Positions 55,801 to 64,000 of a stretch of 64,000 nucleotides of DNA are shown here, piece after piece. The notes below the pieces were generated by a model, which was given only the letters and a program-made list of their open reading frames with translations, ran no database searches and was not told where the DNA came from. Within the stretch, counting starts at the first letter, position 1, and each line of letters starts with the position of its first letter. The DNA comes from Hormiphora californensis (lineage: Eukaryota > Animalia > Ctenophora): positions 806,001-870,000 of the forward strand of contig CM035361.1 of the NCBI GenBank assembly GCA_020137815.1, read 5' to 3'. Made by a program: the position numbers and the translations under genes.

Positions 55801-58800
55801 GGGTGATGGGATGTCACATGCCAATGGCGGGGAAATACAGCACTATGGATACATAGTGCAAATCTTCTTGTTTACTAATAGTTTCATGCTTTCGCAATCG
55901 TCAGAAAAAAGAAAACTTGCAAATTTTAAAACGTTCAACTTCCTCTTCGACTCCTTCATCAAACCGTTTGTTTTGCGCGGCTCAACTCTGATTAATATCC
56001 CTTTCCAAATAAAAAATTCTTTTCATTTGTTGAACGCGCAAAAAACAACAAAACTTCTGTAATGCGCGGCCTCCTGTCCTCGGTAAATGAGCGGCTGCCA
56101 AATAAAATAATAATAAGTAACAGAATGATTTTCGTTTTCGCTCATTTCTCCGTTCGTGAAAAAATTTCTGTTGAGATAAGTAACAGAATTCAATACAATA
56201 AACACTTCTTAACCCCCTCTACTCCGACTAGGTCCATGGCAGAATCAGATCCAGCTCCAAAACAAGCAAAACCCACGGCAGAAAGCCGGTATGACCTACA
56301 TGGTGCAACAACAAATATGGTCAATGACCAGTACGGCCCGTGCGGCGCAATTAGCAAAACACCAACTCTGGTGCACCAAAAAGGACCAGTGTGTCGCAAC
56401 AGCAAGCAAGCTGAAAAACGCTGCCTTGTCCCGCGTTTGCCAAGCAAACAAGCTAATCTAATCATTAAAGAATATGCAGAAAAACGAAAAAGAGTCAGCA
56501 ACAAATGTAAACAATTCAGAACAAAAGCTAGAAAAACAACGGAACCCAAGCCAGAAACCAAAGCACCTATACCTCACACTGGTAACACAAAAAGAGATAT
56601 AAAACACAATCCAACCGTCCCAGCAAAAAGAAGACGTAGAGGAACGGAAGAATCAACTGATATAAAAGATAACGAACACAGTTGTACATGTACAAAAAAC
56701 ACGACACCAATAGCTACCAAGAAGATAGCTCGAGGACAACAGAATATAACTTCTTACTACCAAAGCACAAAAGATCGACCTCCGACAACAGACACCAACA
56801 ACTTCCCAACAGGAACAAGCCACACTAGAGACCACCAAATGGCTAATGCGACAAACGAAATAAGATACACCAAAAAACTCAATAACAACTACAGAAAAGA
56901 GATGACACAATACAGTACAAAGCACACTGATGTTCCAATCACCGGAAATCAATCAACTTCAGGCATAAAACAAGACCACCAAGTACCAATAGAACTCATA
57001 TACACCAACCAACAACACAAAAAAGCAGCCCTGACAACTCTATCGGCCAACATCATCAACACCCAAGCTCCAATTATATTCATCTGCGAACCTTACTGCG
57101 ACAAGAATCACAAAATACCGTGCATCCACAAAGACATGATTACCATCAAAGCAGAAGCAACAGACCTAAGGCCCAGAGCAGCTATGGCAATACATAGAGA
57201 CCACATTCCAAACACCACCACTATTCAAGAATTCACTTCAAGAGACTCAGTAGCAATACAAATACAAACTAAAGAATACAAAATTGTCCTGGCCACAATA
57301 TATATGGAAGGGGAAACAGACATCACACCACACACAAATCTTATAGAATCGTTAGCCGCCCATGCCAAGAAAGAGAGGGCAGCACTAATAATAAACAGTG
57401 ACACCAATGCTCACAGCACGAACTGGGGAGACAAAAACAATGACAAAAGAGGTGACGAAATTCTAATAACCACATCCAGGAACAACCTAAATATAATTAA
57501 CGAAGGAGCGAATCCCACATTCGAAAACACCAGACTACAAAAATCAATCATCGACCTCACCATAACCAACGAAGAAGGCAACCACCTGTTAAGCAACTGG
57601 AAGGTAAGCAACGAATTCACAAATGCGGATCACAAATACATCAGAGCCAAAATTAGAATTATGACAAACAAATACAAGAAATTCAAAACGGACAAAAACA
57701 CGGACTGGGGAACGTTCAACAAACAACTACAAGAAGACAAAACCCTCCAACAGATCATGGCCAACCCTCCGAAAAATAAAAAGGAGATGGACGAGGCATC
57801 AGACATAATCAACTCCGCCATAATGGATGCGTGGAACAAACACACCGAATACACGTATACCACCAGCAAAATTAAACCACCACCATGGTACAACAATGAT
57901 ATTAGGATGCAAATACGGAAAACACAGAAAAAACTAAACAAATATAGGAAAAAGAAAACAGCCGACAGTCAAAGAGAACTGAGCGAAGCGAATTCAACTC
58001 TCAATAAACTACAAAGGGACTTCAAAAAGGCGGCCTGGCAAAAATTCACCGGCGACATAGAAAGCATACAAGCAACAGGCAGAATACACAAGATCTGCAA
58101 AAACCAAGCAACAACACAAAGATCCTTAGATACCGTGTACAGACCAGAAGGAACCTTAACGACAAGTGCCCAAGAAACATTAGAAATAATGAAGGCGAGC
58201 CACTTTGGATCGGACCCAATAACAGTAATCAGCCCAATACAATCAGCCGAAACGCACGAGTCGCTCAGATTTGAAATCAAAGAAGTACGAGACGCGATCA
58301 ACTCCATGAAACCAAACAAAGCACCAGGACCGGACAAAATCACGGCAAACATGCTCCAAAATGCCATAGAATCACTAGCCGAACCACTAAAAATACTATT
58401 CCAATGCTCCTACGACATAGGACAAACGCCGGAAAACTGGAAGGAAAGCAAAGGCATATACCTACCAAAACCTGGCAAAGACGACTACCACAACGCGAAA
58501 TCATACCGCACCATAACGCTCGCACCAATAATCCTTAAAATACAAGAAAGGCTCATCTACTGGAACCTGGAAAGGAACAGGATAGACTCAAAAATCAACG
58601 AAAAACAGTTTGGTTTCAGGAAATCCAGCTCAACAGAGGCTGCTCTACACAAGATAGTCCACAAAATAGAAAAGAGAATGAAAAAGAAACAATATGCACT
58701 GGGTGTATTTCTCGACGTGGAAGGAGCATTCGATAAGATATCATTTGAAGCGATACAAAGAGGCCTCATAAACAAAGGGATCGCACCAAAAACTATAAAC

Positions 58801-61800
58801 TGGATCATGAATATGACCACAACAAGAACACTCTCCATTGAACACAAGAACGAAATCATAAAATTTAGGATAACCAGAGGAGTCGCACAAGGCGGCATCT
58901 TATCACCACTCATATGGAACATAGTACTAGACAGTCTCCTACAAAGTACGGCTAAAAACACCCCAGCATACCTACAAGCATTTGCCGATGACCTAATATC
59001 GTTAGCGGAGGGCGACGACATAGACATAGTCAGAAGCAGGACACAAAAAACACTCAACCATATAAACAAATGGTGCAAAGACCAAGGTCTTTCACTAAGC
59101 GCAGTAAAGACAACAATGATAATGTTCACAAACAAAAGAAAATGGGATCTCCAGCCCATTAAGATCGAAGGAACAGAAATACAGCTCAGCAAATCAACTA
59201 AATTCCTAGGAATCACACTAGACAACAAACTCAACTTCAACGAACATATCAACAACACAATTAAGAAGGCAAAACAGAACTTAATGAGAACCAATATAGC
59301 CATAGGACCTACCTGGGGTCTGAGTCCCAAAGTAGCACTGTGGATATACAGACAAACAATTAGACCAATAATCACATACGCATCACCAATCTGGATTAAC
59401 GCCATATACAAAGTAAGAAATCAAGAAAAACTTCGAAGTCTACAAAGGCTAGCACTAAGAATAGCCTGTGGGGCATTTCCATCGACAGCAGGAGCAGACC
59501 TAGACATCCTAACAAACACCTCAGATATAATACACCACATCGAGAAAGATGCAACTATAACCACAGGCAGGCTCATAAGCAACGAGAAATGGACATCAGA
59601 CTCACAACTAACAGAAGGAACACACGCACACACCTGCAACAAACTATGGCACAATCTCGAACTACCAAAGGCGCCACTAGACAGGACAGTAAAGGAAAAT
59701 ATAAACAAAAAATACGAGTGCTCAACCATATGGGAAGAAGGGCACATAACAGAAGATGACGAGACCAACATAACTGTGTACACCGATGGATCCAAAGATG
59801 AAGCAGGAAAAACAGGCTCGGGAGTATTTTCAAATGGCGGCTCACTAGGGGAAAGCATCCAACTGTCTGAAAACCTACCAAACTACAGTACGGTATTCCA
59901 AGCAGAAGCAAACGCGATAAAACGAGCAGCAGAAGAACTATCTAAAAGAGATGTGAAGAACCAAAACATACTCATACGCTCAGACTCAGCAGCAAGTATT
60001 AAAGCACTAGGGAAAGCATGGACTAACAGTAACACAATAAAAGAATGTAACAAAGCTCTAAACACCCTTTCCACAAGAAACACGGTGGAAATCAAATGGG
60101 TCAAAGCCCATGTAGGGATCGAAGGAAACGAGGAAGCAGACAAACTTGCAAAGGAGGGATGTCAAAAAACACCACCTCCAGGAAACAAATTTCCAATACC
60201 AAACAGCAAAATAAAGGCACAAGCATATGATACTGCCAAAAGAAAAACCCTCACAACATTCAAGACGAAAGGAGGTAAATCTCTCAAAAATATAATAGTA
60301 AATGAAGAAACGAGAGGGGAACTTGTGAAACAAACAGCAAAACTCCACAACAAAAGAAACAAATTCAGAGCCATTACACATCTTTGCACAGGCATAGGAC
60401 CGTTTGAAAACTTCCTCCACAAAATAGGAAAATCCACAACAAACAAATGCACCCTATGCAAGGAAGCGATAGGAAACGCAACACATATAGTCTGTGACTG
60501 CGAAGTCCTATCATCCCTTCGATACATACAAACAGGATACACCAGAATCACAGACATGAAGGAGTTCCTCCTAAAACATCCAGGTAAAGCAATTAAATTA
60601 TATGAACGAGCACAAGAACTCAAACAAAAGATTGAAAACGAAGAAGAATCCGTGGTTCAAATTCAAACATAAATGCTCCTGGCAAAATGACCACACAGGA
60701 CCAAACAAAGCTAGACCCGAGAAGAACCTCACTCCCATCTTCTTCATATTGTGAACCTGCCAGATGGTACTTCCATGCGAAGGGAGGGGAAGGGGGGACT
60801 CTTCTCTAGTGCCGACGGTATCGCTTTGCGATAGTCCCTGTGGGCTTGCCGTAGGCAAGCCCAGGCACTCTGAGTAGTAGTAGTAGTAGTAAACCGTTTG
60901 TTGAAGTGATGCCAGGTGTCCTCTCCGGTGGGGACATTTGTTAAGAAGCTCCCATTTCTTGTTATCATCGCCAAAGCTCCACCATACCGCCCAGGCAATA
61001 TCACCTGCTCTCTATGCCTGGCCGAAAAGTTCGCAATATTAACGAGGAAAGGATTAACAAGAAATGGGAGCTTCTTAACAAATGTCCCCACCGGAGAGGA
61101 CACCTGGCATCACTTCAACAAACGGTTTGATGAAGGAGTCGAAGAGGAAGTTGAACGTTTTAAAATTTGCAAGTTTTCTTTTTTCTGACGATTGCGAAAG
61201 CATGAAACTATTAGTAAAAAATTAAAAACTTGTATTACTTTGTAATCAGCTCCAGAATCTTGATCCTGTCGAGCGCTTTACCAGCAATCCCTTTACAAGC
61301 AAAGATAATATTTAGAGTAAACTATTTAGTCGACTCTTGATCTTCTTATCTAAATGAATAGTCACGGAACTCGAAAGATGATATAATGGTATTTATGCAT
61401 GACGTAAATCATATATCTCGAGGTTTTTTAAAAGTGTAGCTCCATCTATGATTAGATCTTAGAACCTTCCCGAAAGTGCACCTTGAGAGAAATTACAAAA
61501 TTTAAAATATCGCTTCTCTCATATGATACCCTTCAACAAAAACGAATAATCCCTCTCCCGATCTTGCTGTCAGAGCATATTGGCCTGACACTATTCTCAT
61601 TTCAGAGCATTGGCCTGACACTATTCTCATTTCCTAGAGCATTGGCCTGTCAGCGCTATTATAATTGACTCGATTTAATATAGAAGCCCCCCCCCCCCCC
61701 CCCAAAAAAGAAGTGTTTGACTCACATAAATGGTAGGATAGTGTAGACATCAAACACAGCCAGGCCACACCACAACAAGAAAACTATAGCTACCAGCGTC

Positions 61801-63485
61801 GTCAGAACTCCTCTTAGCCGAATCCTGCAACATTTGGATTTTGGGGTCTTATTTTGGAGGGTTAACTTTGAAAGTATAACGGATTTGATTCTAGCATCAT
61901 CAATTATTAGTATAATAATAGTAATATAGAGAAGAACAGCTGCGTTCTTATCTTGTCCAAATAGTCCATGCATGACAAGGTTTTTGGTGTGACACAGCTA
62001 CATGTTAAATATCAATGAATGAGATCTGTTCAGGATTAAATAGGGAGCTGAAAATTAGAAAAAGATCTGGCGAGGGCCGGGCTCAAACCGACAACCTCTG
62101 GGTTTCGCGTCCATTAGCAGCCAGAGAAGATATTAAAAATCTTGTTCCGACAGCTACAGGAATACAAGGATCTTAGGAATTATAGGATCCTGGAAACATC
62201 TAGAATCTAATATTACTGTACCTGCACGTTGGGGCTACTATCATGATTGTTCGTGTTACACTAAGAAGCAGCTGGACCCAGGTGGACATTCGTGCAGTTA
62301 CACCTGTGTAGGGAGAGGGGTGAAGGGGAGTATAGATGGGGACCGGGGAGTATAGGGAGATGGGTGGACATTCGTGCTGTTACACCTGTGTAGGGAGAAG
62401 TTGGGAAGAAAGGAACTCTTCAAGAGAAGTCTATTGAACCGTTCTAGCATTCTGAGAATAGTAATTACAGAGCCATATATGGCTCTGTAAATATAAATTA
62501 CTATTCTCAGACTGCTAGAATGGTTCAATTGACCTCTAAATAATTGACCTCTAAATAAATATGTTTATTTAATGTAGTTAGTTAGTTGAATTTATTACCT
62601 GTAATTAAGAAGGCGGTGATAGTACTAACAGTTGCATAGTGGACTGCATCAACAACAAAGAAGACCAATATTGTGGCGTGGATTGGTGCTGACAAGCCAC
62701 TGCAAAGAAGATGAAAATATAATGGTTGTAGCGATCTAGTCCAAAAAAGTAATTTTGTGGGAAAGACAACAGCATGAAGAACAGATTTAATTCTTCAAAA
62801 GCGTTTTCATCTAGATTTAAGACAGAATTGAGTGTCAAGTATGACTAGAACAACATCAATTCAAACATACCTGAGTATATCAAAAGAAGCCTGGATAAGA
62901 TAAAGAAAATGCATAAGGTGGGCTCGTTTGGGCAGGTAGAACAACCATATCATAGCGTTACCAGTAATACAGGTTATACCTGTACAAGAGATTGTGTTAC
63001 CATGGTTACCATAACAAGAGATTGTGTTACCATGGTTACCATGGTTACCATAACAACCATATCATGGCGTTACCAGTAATACAGGTTATTTCTGAATAAG
63101 AGATTGTGTTACTATGGTTACCATAACAAGAGACTGTGTTACCATATCATGTTACTGTATTCAGCCACAGGGGAGAGGATCAAGTTTAGGGTGCCAAGGA
63201 TTGGGATGGTTCAGCTCTTGTTATCTTCTTTACGGGACACGGAGTCGATCAAGGCAATTGATTCAGCTACTATCAAGCACGATAATTGCACAATAATCGC
63301 ACAATAATCGCACAATAATCGCACAATAATTGTACAATAATTGCACACTCACCCAGAACAGCATAAACGGGTATTAACACCGCCATCCATTTGTTACTGA
63401 TGGCCGCTTGGAAGTACGCTGATTCGTCCACCATTCTGGCCTCCGTCCAACTTTCTGGTCGTTCTATATCTGTCAGGTTCTCCAT
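52881..63485 (-). CDS. Class A (rhodopsin-like) GPCR, ~11 exons
   Basis: Spliced reading gives TM1 VYAVLGITCITGNAMIWLFY, TM2 LYLIQASFDIL, TM3 LLLSVTRTIMIVAP, TM4 VFLLWCGLAVFD, TM5 LLMIPFALPSLLM, TM6 VFICFNTPFFV, TM7 LPVINSTINPLILIQRG; the 3' end is approximate. Confidence 0.85.
53749..53973. mobile_element. Palindromic Tc1/mariner-type MITE
   Basis: ta|cagtggtcatccgacat...atgtcggatgaccactg. Confidence 0.7.
55320..55871 (+). mobile_element. Non-autonomous Helentron-type element (HINE) inserted in a T-run
   Basis: subTIR tttccccgcc / ggcggggaaa; 5' hairpin ccgggtgaatgcc-gaa-ggcattcacccgg; 3' hairpin gcactatg-gata-catagtgc followed by cttgtt; no TSD versus the mirror arm. Confidence 0.75.
55973..60890 (+). 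mobile_element. Non-LTR retrotransposon (LOA/R1-like, I group), apparently intact
   Basis: 12-bp TSD AAACCGTTTGTT (55961-72, 60891-902), with the empty site preserved in the mirror PLE arm; (TAG)n tail; 3' stem-loop tgggcttgcc-gta-ggcaagccca. Confidence 0.95.
56062..60672 (+). CDS. LINE polyprotein: basic N-terminus, AP endonuclease, reverse transcriptase, RNase H, C-terminal CCHC knuckle
   Basis: APE (ICEPY, SDTNAH, IIDLT, DHK); RT (QFGFR, FLDVEGAFD, GVAQGGILSP, AFADD, FLGITLD, TWGLSPK..WIY); RNH (YTDGS, FQAE, SDS, WVKAHVGIEGNEEADKLAK); CTLC..HIVCDC. Confidence 0.97.
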   Translation: MRGLLSSVNERLPNKIIISNRMIFVFAHFSVREKISVEISNRIQYNKHFLTPSTPTRSMAESDPAPKQAKPTAESRYDLHGATTNMVNDQYGPCGAISKTPTLVHQKGPVCRNSKQAEKRCLVPRLPSKQANLIIKEYAEKRKRVSNKCKQFRTKARKTTEPKPETKAPIPHTGNTKRDIKHNPTVPAKRRRRGTEESTDIKDNEHSCTCTKNTTPIATKKIARGQQNITSYYQSTKDRPPTTDTNNFPTGTSHTRDHQMANATNEIRYTKKLNNNYRKEMTQYSTKHTDVPITGNQSTSGIKQDHQVPIELIYTNQQHKKAALTTLSANIINTQAPIIFICEPYCDKNHKIPCIHKDMITIKAEATDLRPRAAMAIHRDHIPNTTTIQEFTSRDSVAIQIQTKEYKIVLATIYMEGETDITPHTNLIESLAAHAKKERAALIINSDTNAHSTNWGDKNNDKRGDEILITTSRNNLNIINEGANPTFENTRLQKSIIDLTITNEEGNHLLSNWKVSNEFTNADHKYIRAKIRIMTNKYKKFKTDKNTDWGTFNKQLQEDKTLQQIMANPPKNKKEMDEASDIINSAIMDAWNKHTEYTYTTSKIKPPPWYNNDIRMQIRKTQKKLNKYRKKKTADSQRELSEANSTLNKLQRDFKKAAWQKFTGDIESIQATGRIHKICKNQATTQRSLDTVYRPEGTLTTSAQETLEIMKASHFGSDPITVISPIQSAETHESLRFEIKEVRDAINSMKPNKAPGPDKITANMLQNAIESLAEPLKILFQCSYDIGQTPENWKESKGIYLPKPGKDDYHNAKSYRTITLAPIILKIQERLIYWNLERNRIDSKINEKQFGFRKSSSTEAALHKIVHKIEKRMKKKQYALGVFLDVEGAFDKISFEAIQRGLINKGIAPKTINWIMNMTTTRTLSIEHKNEIIKFRITRGVAQGGILSPLIWNIVLDSLLQSTAKNTPAYLQAFADDLISLAEGDDIDIVRSRTQKTLNHINKWCKDQGLSLSAVKTTMIMFTNKRKWDLQPIKIEGTEIQLSKSTKFLGITLDNKLNFNEHINNTIKKAKQNLMRTNIAIGPTWGLSPKVALWIYRQTIRPIITYASPIWINAIYKVRNQEKLRSLQRLALRIACGAFPSTAGADLDILTNTSDIIHHIEKDATITTGRLISNEKWTSDSQLTEGTHAHTCNKLWHNLELPKAPLDRTVKENINKKYECSTIWEEGHITEDDETNITVYTDGSKDEAGKTGSGVFSNGGSLGESIQLSENLPNYSTVFQAEANAIKRAAEELSKRDVKNQNILIRSDSAASIKALGKAWTNSNTIKECNKALNTLSTRNTVEIKWVKAHVGIEGNEEADKLAKEGCQKTPPPGNKFPIPNSKIKAQAYDTAKRKTLTTFKTKGGKSLKNIIVNEETRGELVKQTAKLHNKRNKFRAITHLCTGIGPFENFLHKIGKSTTNKCTLCKEAIGNATHIVCDCEVLSSLRYIQTGYTRITDMKEFLLKHPGKAIKLYERAQELKQKIENEEESVVQIQT
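61180..61221 (+). ncRNA. Minimal type I hammerhead ribozyme in second PLE (mirror copy ~55871-55909 -)
   Basis: UUUUU-CUGACGA-UUGC GAAA GCAU-GAA-ACUA U UAGU-A^AAAAA. Confidence 0.75.
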
Positions 63486-63649
63486 AATCCGCAGCTCTAT
63501 AAGTTCTGTTCTTATCTTAGAATATCATCTTAGCTATGTTATCAGGAAGAATTTCAATTAGAAAATCACTAGATAGCAAATTAATCCAATATAGTGCTGC
63601 AAATCAATGAAATATAGTGCTGCAAAAAGTCAAAATTACAACTTTCGGA

Positions 63650-63970
63650 CAACTATTTGAAAGTGTGGTAAGTATAATAGAATACTTTATTGGACCCCGA
63701 TATAACGGCTCCCGATTTACCGGAACCCCGATTTACCCCGATCATCCCGGTAAATCGGGTTTTGTACTTTAATGGACATCACCACTCACAACATATTCGC
63801 AAAAGGACAGCTATTTGAAAGTGTGGTAAGTATAATAGAATACTTTATTGGACCCCGATATAACGGCTCCCGATTTACCGGAACCCCGATTTACCCCGAT
63901 CATCCCGGTAAATCGGGTTTTGTACTTTATTGGACATCACCACTCACAACATATTCGCAAAAGGACAGCT
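63650..63970. repeat. ~160-bp direct tandem duplication containing a degenerate Tc1-type MITE
   Basis: ~63650-63810 repeated at ~63810-63970. Confidence 0.85.
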
Positions 63971-64000
63971 GACAATGTGTAAATGCTATAGGAAGGAACA

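Larger units (their letters stand above)
55294..61244 (+). mobile_element. Second Penelope-like mini-insertion with inverted arms; left arm interrupted by a HINE and a LINE
   Basis: With the inserts removed, 55294-55319 + 55872-55972 + 60903-60963 is the reverse complement of ~61054-61244. 60964-61130 encodes the GIY-YIG tail AKAPPYRPGNITCSLCLAEK../[14 protein letters not shown] (frameshifted). Confidence 0.85.

Noticed and set aside
55973-56110. HDV-like ribozyme at the LINE 5' end
   Set aside because: Could not build the nested double pseudoknot by eye; needs an RNArobo/Infernal search
56190-60623. Antisense ORFs within the LINE
   Set aside because: By-product of the A-rich sense strand codon bias; no recognisable domains
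55294-61244. Tc1-like TIR pair tacaaagtaatacaag with TA TSD
   Set aside because: Explained as the outer ends of the inverted PLE arms once the HINE is removed

Overview
Eukaryotic (animal) genomic DNA: intron-rich and repeat-dense, with no prokaryotic features. The repeat families and GPCR style suggest a ctenophore (Pleurobrachia/Hormiphora-like); this is inferred from recall and is unverified. Two large autophagy genes lie head-to-tail on the + strand. TECPR2 has a phase-compatible exon chain from ~8415 to 37814 that ends in the LIR motif DGWEVL*, and its WD40 N-terminus is probably upstream. WDFY3/ALFY starts at 38664 and continues beyond the window. Up to four complete genes are nested antisense in their introns: a two-domain F5/8C/fucolectin-like secreted protein (nesting inferred), an SLC18B1-like MFS transporter, an Rh-type ammonia channel and a class A GPCR (nesting inferred). 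Mobile DNA includes an intact 4.9-kb APE-RT-RNaseH LINE (LOA/R1-like, 12-bp TSD). There are also two inverted-arm Penelope-like insertions that each carry a minimal hammerhead ribozyme, two Helentron-type HINEs and many MITEs, several nested inside each other. The most unusual signal is that at least 13 tandem duplications or arrays are centred on real splice junctions, often combined with RFX X-box, CArG or E-box palindromes.
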